A stretch of DNA of 64,000 nt from a virus. A program made the translations under genes and the position numbers. The notes below the pieces were generated by a model. The model was not told where the DNA came from, searched no databases, and worked only from the letters and a program-made list of their open reading frames with translations. Below are positions 29,103 through 38,271 of the stretch, in pieces. Where the stretch lies: the IMG/VR virus record IMGVR_UViG_3300032240_002285, positions 35,746 through 99,745 of that record, one strand, 5' to 3'. Within the stretch, counting starts at the first letter, position 1. Each line of letters begins with the position of its first letter.

Positions 29103-29135
29103 AAAAAAAAACCTCGGAATTTTGTCCCAAGGTTT
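29103..29135 (-). terminator. Attenuator-type terminator of leader 1
   Basis: AAACCUUGGGA-CAAAA-UUCCGAGG-U9. Confidence 0.8.
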
Positions 29136-29159
29136 CAAATATTTTTAGTTTAAACTTTC

Positions 29160-29264
29160 TTATCCTAAAATGATATCTAACACACGAGACGCGTATGGGC
29201 CATTCCAACAAATTGAATTTGAGGATTGGTTACTAAACGACATAATGTGTTGTGATGTTTTCAT
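29160..29264 (-). CDS. Leader peptide 1 (34 aa) MKTSQHIMSFSNQSSNSICWNGPYASRVLDIILG
   Basis: Open frame ATG 29264 to TAA 29160, followed by terminator and tRNA array 1. Confidence 0.7.
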   Translation of the reverse strand: MKTSQHIMSFSNQSSNSICWNGPYASRVLDIILG

Positions 29265-29313
29265 TATTTTATTATATATACTTCAAATGTAGTAAAAGTT
29301 TACCTAATCTCAA

Positions 29314-29421
29314 TTATTTATGTTTTTTATGCTCAACTTTATGCATTACATAGTGAGATACAATACATGCAATAAAACATGCGGGAAATTCTTTTAATGT
29401 GTCAATTAAAAATTGTGTCAT
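29314..29421 (-). CDS. Small ORF (35 aa) MTQFLIDTLKEFPACFIACIVSHYVMHKVEHKKHK
   Basis: Open frame with hydrophobic core and His/Lys tail. Confidence 0.4.
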   Translation of the reverse strand: MTQFLIDTLKEFPACFIACIVSHYVMHKVEHKKHK

Positions 29422-29442
29422 TTTATTTTATTTAATTTTTTG

Positions 29443-29514
29443 AGCGAGTAGTGAGAATCGAACTCACATATCCAGATTGGAAGTCTGGAACACTAACCGT
29501 TGTGCTATACTCGC
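29443..29514 (-). tRNA. tRNA-Gly(UCC)
   Basis: CCAGA-CTTCCAA-TCTGG, U73. Confidence 0.92.
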
Positions 29515-29520
29515 AACATA

Positions 29521-29700
29521 AAACAAACTTATTGTGTCCTTCTACACATCATAACCAATTTTTATTGGCGGTTACATTTTGCATTGGGTTAATTACTCCC
29601 CACTTATAGTAACTCTACCCTCACCGCTCTGATATCTAGAATCAAGACAGTTCTTTAGGACTTATATACCGTGGGGTTACACCACAGTCGTCGTTTGTTT
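29521..29700 (-). ncRNA. Unknown ~180 nt structured RNA
   Basis: Terminal AAACAAAC/GTTTGTTT stem with several internal hairpins; between tRNA-Thr and tRNA-Gly. Confidence 0.5.
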
Positions 29701-29702
29701 CG

Positions 29703-29775
29703 AGCTTCCAGTCGGGCTCGAACCAACGACCTGCTGATTACAAGTCAGCTGCTCTACCAACTGAGCTACGGAAGC
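29703..29775 (-). tRNA. tRNA-Thr(UGU)
   Basis: GCTGA-CTTGTAA-TCAGC. Confidence 0.93.
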
Positions 29776-29896
29776 AATTTAATAAGAGAATGTCCCAGCT
29801 ACCTCCTTCTCTTATCTGACATACACTAACGGCTAAATGTAGCTTGACCGATTCACCATAGACGAACTATGTATATTGATGTATGTTATTTGTTTT

Positions 29897-29904
29897 ACAA
29901 AGAT
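29897..29904 (-). promoter_or_regulatory. Bacteroidota sigma70 -7 element (TATCTTTG)
   Basis: TAnnTTTG; similar elements precede the tmRNA, 22813, 33472, 38272, 46905, the peptidase and tRNA-Ser(GCU). Confidence 0.65.
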
Positions 29905-29928
29905 AAATAAATTTTTGATTAGAACAAA

Positions 29929-30618
29929 TTAGTTAGAAAATTTTTCTTCGTATAAAGTGTTTGTTTTACCTATTTCCGTATTTTCAGAATAATTCAATTC
30001 TGTTATTTCATCTTTTAGATAAAAAACAAAATTTCCTTGAGAACCTTCGTTGATTTCCCATCCACCAAAACCTTCTTCTAATAAATTATAACAATAATCT
30101 TCTATATTTGCAGGAACTGAAATGTTTGTACCTTCAAATGTTGAATGGATATATCCAGAATCTCCACCCCCATCAAATCTCACTTCCAATTTTTCAGGTA
30201 CATTTCCACCCTCAAACAATTCTTTTAATTCCATGAATATCTCTGGTTCATCTTCAAAAGTATTTGTAATTGTATCATTAGTACTATACTCTGTCCAATA
30301 CTCACTTACAGTAATTTCTTGTGTGTCACCATCGATGTCAATTTCTCCTCTAATCCAACTCAAATCGTCAGGAGTGTCATGAAATGCTAAATCATTTTCA
30401 TGTACATAATCAATAATTTTTTTCAAAATTTTAATTAATCCTGCAGGTACTTCTGCACGATACATATTTGAAAAATGAGTCAATTCATTTGTATCAACAG
30501 TGTCCCATCCACTTTCAACGTCGAATTCAATGTTACCTACATTTGTCCCTAAAGATTTCAAGTAGTTTGAAACGCTTCTAAGGTATTTTTTTTCTTCTGG
30601 TGTTAAGATTCCTTTCAT
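29929..30618 (-). CDS. DUF6878-like protein
   Basis: FDGGGDSG and GWEINEGSQG motifs. Confidence 0.6.
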   Translation of the reverse strand: MKGILTPEEKKYLRSVSNYLKSLGTNVGNIEFDVESGWDTVDTNELTHFSNMYRAEVPAGLIKILKKIIDYVHENDLAFHDTPDDLSWIRGEIDIDGDTQEITVSEYWTEYSTNDTITNTFEDEPEIFMELKELFEGGNVPEKLEVRFDGGGDSGYIHSTFEGTNISVPANIEDYCYNLLEEGFGGWEINEGSQGNFVFYLKDEITELNYSENTEIGKTNTLYEEKFSN

Positions 30619-30630
30619 AATCTATAAATA

Positions 30631-30978
30631 CTAGTCTTCTATTTTAAGTGTCCTCAACATCCATTGAGGTCTTTCATTTTTCATGATGTTATTAACCCAT
30701 TCCTTAGCAGATGGGACATAGTTGTTACAATCCTCTTTTACATGTTGTTCACCAACATAACGAGTATAAACTATGTCACCATCACTGTTAAGAAACTGTG
30801 ACCCAAACTTTTTTTCCATTTCAAATATACCTTCACTGTGATGTCTGAACATTCTATGTAAAGAATCTCCCATCCATCCTTTGGTCTCATCCATCCACTC
30901 ATGTAAGTGGATGTAATCTTCAGGTTTACCACCAAATTTCTTGGCAGAACTCTTTGAATGTAAATTAGGATGTGCCAT
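30631..30978 (-). CDS. DUF6915-like protein
   Basis: MAHP.LHSKSSAKKFGGKPEDY..LHEWMD, HR.FRHH, EQHV.ED. Confidence 0.65.
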   Translation of the reverse strand: MAHPNLHSKSSAKKFGGKPEDYIHLHEWMDETKGWMGDSLHRMFRHHSEGIFEMEKKFGSQFLNSDGDIVYTRYVGEQHVKEDCNNYVPSAKEWVNNIMKNERPQWMLRTLKIED

Positions 30979-30980
30979 TT

Positions 30981-31727
30981 TTAATTTGAATTACCTTTTA
31001 AATAATAATCTTTGTTTGAGGTCAAGATGGCTCTCAATCCTGTACCAGGATAAGTCCCATAAACTCTGTATAATCCTTTAGGAATTCGGTTACCCTGATA
31101 ATTGTATGTATATTCATAAATTATTCGTTCCATTACATAAGTAAATCCTGTCAAAGAACCATTAGTTACTAAAGTATTACCAATTTTTTCATACGTTGAT
31201 ACAGTTCTTTGTCTTTTGGTGTCATTAGCCATAGCAGATACAGGAATCATGATGTTAATCCAAGCGGTTCCAACAACAGTGTTTTTTGGAATTTTCACCG
31301 TAGTAAAATTATATGCAATTTTTGGATTACCATAATCATCTGTACCTCCATTAACTTGTGGAATATCTGCCTGAATAATCGCAGGTAACCGTCCGTCATA
31401 CCAATGTGGCATATCTACGTAATTTAAAAAATTGTACTTAATCGCTCCACCATCAACCCCATTGTACCCAAGAAACGGTCGAGGGAATAAAGGAGATTTT
31501 TGTGTACTATCCCTCAAGTAAGATGATATCATAACATATTTTGATGTCGGTTCAATAAAAATGTAAGCTTTTGGAGTTGTTGTTGATGGTGTATTTGTCG
31601 CCATCGTAGATAACACCATAGTTTCTTGAGTACTATTAGGAGATAATGGTACAATTTCTTCTTGAGTACAAGAAAATACTAAAAAAGAAAATGTGAATAA
31701 CGATAAAAATAAGTTTTTTAGTTTCAT
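30981..31727 (-). CDS. Lipoprotein
   Basis: MKLKNLFLSLFTFSFLVFS-C signal peptide II. Confidence 0.65.
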   Translation of the reverse strand: MKLKNLFLSLFTFSFLVFSCTQEEIVPLSPNSTQETMVLSTMATNTPSTTTPKAYIFIEPTSKYVMISSYLRDSTQKSPLFPRPFLGYNGVDGGAIKYNFLNYVDMPHWYDGRLPAIIQADIPQVNGGTDDYGNPKIAYNFTTVKIPKNTVVGTAWINIMIPVSAMANDTKRQRTVSTYEKIGNTLVTNGSLTGFTYVMERIIYEYTYNYQGNRIPKGLYRVYGTYPGTGLRAILTSNKDYYLKGNSN

Positions 31728-31787
31728 TTGTGTTGTATTAAGTTTCTGTAAAGGTAATAAAAAAAAATAATGATACAAAATTATTTT

Positions 31788-31864
31788 TGGTGGACCAGCC
31801 TGGGCTCGAACCAGGGACCTACTGATTATGAGTCAGGCGCTCTAACCGACTGAGCTACAAGTCC
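31788..31864 (-). tRNA. tRNA(CAU), probably Ile2 (lysidine, reads AUA); Met not excluded
   Basis: CTCATAA loop; Ile-like body GGACTTG-TAGCTCAGTCGGTTAGAGC; no initiator GGG/CCC stem; CCA encoded. Confidence 0.85.
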
Positions 31865-31875
31865 AAATTTTAATG

Positions 31876-31955
31876 TGGGAGTGGAGGGATTCGAACCCCC
31901 AATGTCGTAGACCACAGATTTACAGTCTGCTAAGCAACCGTTGCTCAACACTCCC
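31876..31955 (-). tRNA. tRNA-Tyr(GUA)
   Basis: GCAGA-CTGTAAA-TCTGT, variable arm. Confidence 0.9.
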
Positions 31956-31967
31956 AATTATTATACG

Positions 31968-32040
31968 TACCCCTGATAGGACTCGAACCTATAAAACCTG
32001 GTGCCTAAAACCAGTGACTTTGCCATTTGTCCACAAGGGC
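31968..32040 (-). tRNA. tRNA-Leu(UAG) with short variable loop
   Basis: CTGGT-TTTAGGC-ACCAG, A73, 73 nt. Confidence 0.8.
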
Positions 32041-32186
32041 GTAAATTTTACAACTTAACAATTTGTTAATAGTATTATATAAAGTTTTATCTTAAATAAT
32101 CTAACAATTCGTTGTATTATTTTTATTTTGTGAAGACTGAATTCTATTTATAATTGATAATAAACTTCAATAAATCATCAAACAAA

Positions 32187-32510
32187 ATGAAAAAAACAAT
32201 CTTCACAATCCTTTTATTAACCGCAACATTATTTGCAGCAAACGCCTCGGATTCAACAAGTATCAAACAAGTTGGTACATTTAAATTTTCTGTATCAAGT
32301 ACAGATAAAAACTTAACAGTTTTAATTTATGACTCAAATAGTGAATTAATTCACCAAGAATATCTAAACTCAAATAAATTATTTAGATTAGATAGTTTAT
32401 CTGATGGTCAATATACTATTAAAGTTTTGGACTTGAAAAAAAACCCTTTAGCAACTAAAACTTTTGAAATTAAAAGTGAAACCAAACGAGAATTAATTGT
32501 TCTTAACTAA
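32187..32510 (+). CDS. Secreted small protein, T9SS-CTD/Ig-like fold, inserted antisense in tRNA array 2
   Basis: Signal peptide MKKTIFTILLLTATLFAANA; V.IYDSN...LDSLSDGQYTIKV. Confidence 0.65.
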   Translation: MKKTIFTILLLTATLFAANASDSTSIKQVGTFKFSVSSTDKNLTVLIYDSNSELIHQEYLNSNKLFRLDSLSDGQYTIKVLDLKKNPLATKTFEIKSETKRELIVLN

Positions 32511-32545
32511 TCTAAAAGGTCCCTTTTTTAAGGGACTTTTTTTTG

Positions 32546-32619
32546 CTCTCTTTCTTGGGCTCGAACCAAGGACCTATTGATTAACAGTCAATTGCTCTAA
32601 CCTACTGAGCTAAAAGAGA
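32546..32619 (-). tRNA. tRNA-Asn(GUU)
   Basis: ATTGA-CTGTTAA-TCAAT, G73. Confidence 0.92.
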
Positions 32620-32624
32620 ATTAA

Positions 32625-32701
32625 TGGTAGGGAATGCCAGATTTGAACTGACGACCTCTTGCTCCCAAAGCAAGCGCGATACCGAGCTACGCTAATTCCC
32701 T
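32625..32701 (-). tRNA. tRNA-Pro(UGG)
   Basis: CTTGC-TTTGGGA-GCAAG, CCA encoded. Confidence 0.9.
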
Positions 32702-32702
32702 A

Positions 32703-32779
<77 letters not shown>

Positions 32780-32789
32780 AAGAAAAATT

Positions 32790-32922
32790 AGGAAAGTAGA
32801 AGATGGTTCAGTGGACATCTACTTTTACGATTGGCATTACTTTGGTGAATACCTCCAAACTCCGATTATGCCAGTCAGTATTCACTCTCGAACTATAGAC
32901 ATAACCATTCCCCAATCAACCT
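32790..32922 (-). ncRNA. Unknown pseudoknotted RNA (~133 nt)
   Basis: Crossing helices GTGAATAC/GTATTCAC and TGGCAT/ATGCCA; hairpin AAAGTAGA/TCTACTTT whose loop AACCAT matches upstream ATGGTT. Confidence 0.55.
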
Positions 32923-33022
32923 GAATGTTAATTCCCACATGTCAAAGAACAATTAGGGTAATTAACATCTCTATGTTTTTCCCCGATTGTTTTACAAATT
33001 TAAGCCAATTATTTTATAAAAC

Positions 33023-33057
33023 AAAAAACCCGAACTAATTTTTATTTTAGTTCGGGT
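33023..33057 (-). terminator. Attenuator-type terminator of leader 2
   Basis: ACCCGAACUAA...UUAGUUCGGG-U6. Confidence 0.85.
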
Positions 33058-33080
33058 CTATATTATTAAGTTAGTTTTTT

Positions 33081-33185
33081 CTATCCAACAATCACATCCG
33101 AACTTTTTATATACGTAAGCGTATAGGCAGTCCCATTATTATAAGGTCTGTCTAATCTCGGCAATATGTTAATAAAGTTCGTCAT
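33081..33185 (-). CDS. Leader peptide 2 (34 aa) MTNFINILPRLDRPYNNGTAYTLTYIKSSDVIVG
   Basis: Open frame ATG 33185 to TAG 33081; contains antiterminator AGUUCGG (33098-33104). Confidence 0.72.
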   Translation of the reverse strand: MTNFINILPRLDRPYNNGTAYTLTYIKSSDVIVG

Positions 33186-33471
33186 TGTGTTTATAAGTAT
33201 ATGTAAAGTTGGAAAAAAATCCACAATAAATAAAATTTATTTATTGATTACTTTACAAAGATAAGAATTGTGATAGATATTTATTGATAGAACAAACAGA
33301 TATGTGTCTTTTGGAAAATACATTTAACTATGAGAACTTGGATGAATTGAGAAAGGAAAAGCTCAAAACCATAAACCGCATTTAAACATTGTTTTATATA
33401 GAAGGGGGTGTAGTTTCACCCCCTTTTTTGTTTTTTAAATTAATTAAACTATATTTGTAAAAAAGATTATA

Positions 33472-33957
33472 ATGAGTGATGTATTAGTATTGAACTATGA
33501 TTACACTCCTCTAAACATTACATCAATAAAGAGGGGTTTCATACTTGTGGATAAGGGTAAGGCGGAAATTATAAAATCTGATGAGTCACCTTTGGTTACG
33601 GGATATAAGAAGTTTGCTCGTCCCTTGATTATTAGATTACTGAATTACATAAAATTCCGTGTTAAAGGGATTAGGGTTAATAGAAATAGAATCTTCAAAA
33701 GGGATGGTCACGAGTGTGTATATTGTGGGTCAAAAAAAAATTTGACATTAGACCACGTTATACCTAAATCCCGTGGGGGTGGAAATACATGGACTAATTT
33801 AGTTACATCATGTTTCAAGTGTAATGTTCGGAAATCAAACAGAACACCTGATGAGGCAAAGATGTCAATGAGAAGTGTTCCTTATATTCCAACATTAATT
33901 AATGAAAATAAGTCTTTGAATAAAGTTTGGGACGAATTTAAACAATCATTCATTTAA
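33472..33957 (+). CDS. HNH endonuclease
   Basis: [10 protein letters not shown]...[30 protein letters not shown]. Confidence 0.92.
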   Translation: MSDVLVLNYDYTPLNITSIKRGFILVDKGKAEIIKSDESPLVTGYKKFARPLIIRLLNYIKFRVKGIRVNRNRIFKRDGHECVYCGSKKNLTLDHVIPKSRGGGNTWTNLVTSCFKCNVRKSNRTPDEAKMSMRSVPYIPTLINENKSLNKVWDEFKQSFI

Positions 33958-34030
33958 TTTAAGTACAAAACAAGAAGGAAAATATTTAAAAAACATTCGT
34001 TTATTAAAATTAATTATTAAATTTAAAAAT

Positions 34031-34342
34031 ATGGAAAATACTACAAACACAGAAGGAGCAGGTCAAGAACAACAAGCTCAAGATTTAATTAACGCATCTA
34101 TGATTTTTGCAAGAGCATTAGGTTTCATTCTACAAGAGGGTGAAGGTATTGTTGTTGATGTAAATGGAGAAATTAACTTAGGTGATGACGTTAAAAAAGT
34201 TATCGTATTCAAGAAAGATGAACAAGTTCACATTTACAGATGTGATGAAGACATTGAAGAGGGTACCGCAGTCAATTTAAACATGTCAGAAGAAACAACA
34301 ACTACTGACGAACCAACTGATTCCACTGAGGAAAACCAATAA
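34031..34342 (+). CDS. Acidic hypothetical protein
   Basis: 103 aa ORF. Confidence 0.55.
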   Translation: MENTTNTEGAGQEQQAQDLINASMIFARALGFILQEGEGIVVDVNGEINLGDDVKKVIVFKKDEQVHIYRCDEDIEEGTAVNLNMSEETTTTDEPTDSTEENQ

Positions 34343-34363
34343 AGATTAAATTAATTTAAGTAA

Positions 34364-36031
34364 ATGAGGACATTAGGATTTTCTGTTGGCCACGATAAGG
34401 GCGCGGTAATTATTGAGGATGGTAAAGTGGTGGTGGGTATCACGCAAGAAAGATTAAGCAGAATAAAACATGATGGAGCTTATAGTGGAGGTAAAATACC
34501 TTTTGAATCTATAAACTATTGTTTAAATGCTTTAGGATTAACCTTAGAAGATATTGATTCATATGTCTATAGCACAACAGAAATAGTTGATAATGTTGAA
34601 AAACAATTCAAAGAATATACTAACAAACATATTAACTTAAAATTCATTCCTCACCATTTAGCACACGCATATTCATCATTTTTCAGTTCTGGACTTGATG
34701 AAGCAGCAGTAATTGTTGCTGATGCGTCGGGAAGTATTTTATCTCACTTAAATAAATTACCAATTTGGTATCCAAATGTTACAAAAGAAGGTTTAGACCC
34801 TGAAGAGGATTGGACGGAAGCAATTTCAATTTATCATTTTACAAGAGATAAATTTAATGAAGTTTATAAAAAATGGATAAAATATCCAATACCACTAGAA
34901 ACTGATGATGATGTATCTTTAGGTACATTATATTCTGAAGGTTCACTACAATTAGTTTATGAACCAACAAATCATACATGGACTGCAGGTAAACTTATGG
35001 GATTAGCATCTTATGGCGACCCTGTAATTGTTGAAGAGGCTCCTGAATTTATTAAGGAAATTGATGGGGATATTTTTATTCCAAATCGTAGAATTTATCC
35101 AAAAGTTGATTATACATCCGATTTCTTTTCAAAGGCATGTGTGGCAGGAATTTATCAACGAGAACAGGAAAGGGCTTCATTAATTTTGGCTAAAATAGCT
35201 AAAAATTTATCAAAATCTAAAAATGTTTGTGTTGCTGGTGGGTCATTTTTAAATTGCAACTCCAACGAACAAATATTGAAATCGGAATTATTTGATAATT
35301 GTTATTTCTTACCTCCATCAGACGATAGTGGAATCCCGTTAGGTTGTGCTTGGTATGCTTACCAAGAATTATTAGATATTACATCAGATGATATGTTATC
35401 ACCTTACTTAGGTAAAACATACTCAAGAAATGAAATTGTGGAAGCAATAAATAAATTCCCTAATTTAATTTTTAATGAAATAAATGATGAGGTAGAACTT
35501 TACGACTCAGTTTCATATTGGTTATCCCAAAATAGAGTTATAGGATGGTTTCAAGGAGGGTCAGAGATTGGCCCAAGAGCTTTAGGTAATCGTTCAATTT
35601 TGGCATCTCCTATTAAATCATGGATAACTCCTCACATCAACTCAGATATTAAAAAAAGAGAATGGTATAGGCCTTTTGCTCCAGCAGTTTTATTTGAACA
35701 TCAAAATGAAATTTTTGAATCTGATTTATATTCTCCTTATATGTTAGTAACGACAACAGTTAAAGAAAAATGGAGAAATAAAATTCCTGCAGTTACCCAC
35801 ATTGACAATTCGGCCAGACATCAATCTGTAACAGAAACAAGTAATAATAGATTTTATAATTTAATTACTAAATTTTATGAAAAAACAGGAGTTCCTGTTC
35901 TATTGAATACAAGTTTCAATGGACCTAAAGAACCTATAGTAGAATCTCCTACCGACGCAATTAATACTTTTATTGAGACAGGTTTGGACTTTTTAGTTTT
36001 AAATAACTTTGTAATATCTAAAAAATTATAA
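34364..36031 (+). CDS. O-carbamoyltransferase (NodU/CmcH/TobZ family) 1
   Basis: GHD, ERLSRIKH, HHLAHA, GKLMGLA, GPRALGNRSILA, RPFAP, LNTSFN. Confidence 0.93.
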   Translation: MRTLGFSVGHDKGAVIIEDGKVVVGITQERLSRIKHDGAYSGGKIPFESINYCLNALGLTLEDIDSYVYSTTEIVDNVEKQFKEYTNKHINLKFIPHHLAHAYSSFFSSGLDEAAVIVADASGSILSHLNKLPIWYPNVTKEGLDPEEDWTEAISIYHFTRDKFNEVYKKWIKYPIPLETDDDVSLGTLYSEGSLQLVYEPTNHTWTAGKLMGLASYGDPVIVEEAPEFIKEIDGDIFIPNRRIYPKVDYTSDFFSKACVAGIYQREQERASLILAKIAKNLSKSKNVCVAGGSFLNCNSNEQILKSELFDNCYFLPPSDDSGIPLGCAWYAYQELLDITSDDMLSPYLGKTYSRNEIVEAINKFPNLIFNEINDEVELYDSVSYWLSQNRVIGWFQGGSEIGPRALGNRSILASPIKSWITPHINSDIKKREWYRPFAPAVLFEHQNEIFESDLYSPYMLVTTTVKEKWRNKIPAVTHIDNSARHQSVTETSNNRFYNLITKFYEKTGVPVLLNTSFNGPKEPIVESPTDAINTFIETGLDFLVLNNFVISKKL

Positions 36032-37620
36032 TGAGTTCAATTTATGGATTTTTTGGAGGCTCTCATAGCCCTTCTACTTCACTTGTTATTGATGGTGAAA
36101 TAATTGCTTGTGTTGAAGAAGAAAGATTAACCAGAATTAAGGCGGGTGACAATTACGATATTGTTGCCGAGTTTTCGTCTCAAGCAGTTGAAAACTTTAC
36201 GGGTCTTAATATATTAGAAGCCGACCATAAAGTTTTTGTTGAGCCTGTTACAGACAATTTTGCGAAAACATTGACACATAATAAGTATTCAAGAATAAGT
36301 CATCACGATTCACATTGTTATAGTTCATATTATACAAGTGGCATGGAAGGTAAGGTATTATCAATATCTTATGATGGTGGTGGTGATTTTTCAGTCATGA
36401 AAATATATCTTTGTGAAGATGGAAAAATGACGTTACTAAAAGATTACAAATTAGCACAAACTGCCAGTCTTTCACATTTATGGGGTTTCAGTACCTCAGG
36501 TATTATGGGATATGATGAAAAAGCCGAAGGAATTTGGAAAATGTGTAAAGATGAAGGTAAACTTATGGGAATGGCACCTGAAGGTCATTATGATAAAGAC
36601 ATCTACAAGATGTTGAACTCAATAATTAATTATAAAGACCTACTTTTTTACCCTTCAGGAACATCTTCAAAAACAAAATTTGTTGTTGATTCAATGTTTA
36701 AAAAGGGTTACTTTGAAACTCAGACTAAAAGAGAAATATATTGTTATAATTTACAAAAATTAACAGAAGATTTAATGTTAAATTTTTTAAATGACCTACA
36801 TAAATTATATCCTGAATACAATAAATTATGTTTTTCAGGTGGTTTATTTGCAAATGTTAAACTGAATCAGAAAATAAATGAGCTTGATTGGGTTGAAGAA
36901 ATTTTTGTGTTTCCCGCAATGGGAGATGAGGGATTGTCTTTAGGAGGTTGTATACGTAAATCTGTAGAGTTGGGAGAATGGTTAAAACCAAAAAAATTAA
37001 AAAATGTTTATTTTGGTTTAAGCTATACTGATAATCAAATTTTAGAATGTTCAAAATTTTATGATTTCAAAGTAAAAAATTATGACTCTAAAGAAACCGC
37101 AATTGACCTTTATGACGGTAAAATTATTGGTTGGTTTAGAGATGGGTTTGAATATGGGCCTAGGGCTTTAGGTGCAAGAAGTATTTTAGCTAGACCAACA
37201 GATGTTAATGCACATTTTGAGCTCAATAAACGACTAAATCGTAACGATGTAATGCCATTTGCACCAATAATTTTAGATGAATTATTTGAAGAGGTATTTG
37301 AATATTCAAAATCAAAATACTCAGCTGAATTTATGACAATTTGTTACCCAACAAAAGAAAAATGGATTAATAAAATACCTGCAGTAATTCAAAAGTCGGA
37401 CAAAACAGCGAGACCACAAGTTGTTAATAAAGAAAAATTACCCGAATTTTGGAAAATTTTAAATGAATATTATCAAATTTCAGGTATACCCTTATTGTTA
37501 AACACCTCTTTTAATTCTCACAATGAACCAATAATTGATATTCCAATTCAAGCGTTTGACAAATTAAAGGATGGTATTATTGATAAATTAGTTATTGAAA
37601 ATTATGTATTTTACAATTAA
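36031..37620 (+). CDS. O-carbamoyltransferase (NodU/CmcH/TobZ family) 2
   Basis: EEERLTRIK, HHDSH, DGGGD, EGKLMGMA, GPRALGARSILA, MPFAP, LNTSFN. Confidence 0.93.
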   Translation: MSSIYGFFGGSHSPSTSLVIDGEIIACVEEERLTRIKAGDNYDIVAEFSSQAVENFTGLNILEADHKVFVEPVTDNFAKTLTHNKYSRISHHDSHCYSSYYTSGMEGKVLSISYDGGGDFSVMKIYLCEDGKMTLLKDYKLAQTASLSHLWGFSTSGIMGYDEKAEGIWKMCKDEGKLMGMAPEGHYDKDIYKMLNSIINYKDLLFYPSGTSSKTKFVVDSMFKKGYFETQTKREIYCYNLQKLTEDLMLNFLNDLHKLYPEYNKLCFSGGLFANVKLNQKINELDWVEEIFVFPAMGDEGLSLGGCIRKSVELGEWLKPKKLKNVYFGLSYTDNQILECSKFYDFKVKNYDSKETAIDLYDGKIIGWFRDGFEYGPRALGARSILARPTDVNAHFELNKRLNRNDVMPFAPIILDELFEEVFEYSKSKYSAEFMTICYPTKEKWINKIPAVIQKSDKTARPQVVNKEKLPEFWKILNEYYQISGIPLLLNTSFNSHNEPIIDIPIQAFDKLKDGIIDKLVIENYVFYN

Positions 37621-38233
37621 TAAAGAAAAAATATCATTAGATTTCCGACCTAACATTTATCTATCTATCAATGGTCCTGATGATTATTACTATGTTGAAG
37701 TAAGAGAATTCAGAAAAAATGAAGACCAATCTTTGTTTGTTGAGGGATTCCATTTAGATAGTGTTAATAACGTTTTTACAATCCCTATAGAATTTTATTA
37801 TGATTTTGAAGTTATAATTTATAAATTTGTTGATGAAATTGGGTTGGTTAAAATTTATAACCACAGATATAATGATTCAGGTAAATTAGTTTTGTTTAAT
37901 TTAGAAACTAATAATATTAATGAATGTGAATTATGGATTGAAAGAATTTTAGAATATCAAAAAATTCATGATTGTAAAATTGCAATTAAAAGTAAATTTG
38001 ATGTTGTAAATAAAAAGTTTGAGAATTACTATCAAACAGACGGAGTAGATTACTACAAAATTTATAATATTGGACGATATCCAAAATCAAGTACGGATTG
38101 GAAAACAATAGACCCAAGAAAAGAAGGATTAATTTGGTTTGGTAATTGGAAAACTTTTTGGTCATACCAACATCCAAGGTCTTGGAATTATTTATCAAGC
38201 CAAGAAATTGTTGACGATATTTTGGGGCTTTAA
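37604..38233 (+). CDS. Hypothetical protein
   Basis: Overlaps the end of carbamoyltransferase 2. Confidence 0.55.
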   Translation: MYFTINKEKISLDFRPNIYLSINGPDDYYYVEVREFRKNEDQSLFVEGFHLDSVNNVFTIPIEFYYDFEVIIYKFVDEIGLVKIYNHRYNDSGKLVLFNLETNNINECELWIERILEYQKIHDCKIAIKSKFDVVNKKFENYYQTDGVDYYKIYNIGRYPKSSTDWKTIDPRKEGLIWFGNWKTFWSYQHPRSWNYLSSQEIVDDILGL

Positions 38234-38271
38234 TTTTTTTTCACTACATTTGTAAAAAAACAAAGAGACAT

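Noticed and set aside
27246-32058. Plus-strand ORFs at 27246, 27791, 28032, 28949, 30122 and 31873
   Set aside because: Antisense shadows of tRNAs or of real minus-strand genes
33472-33957. HNH as an intron-encoded homing endonuclease
   Set aside because: Free-standing with its own promoter; no interrupted flanking gene
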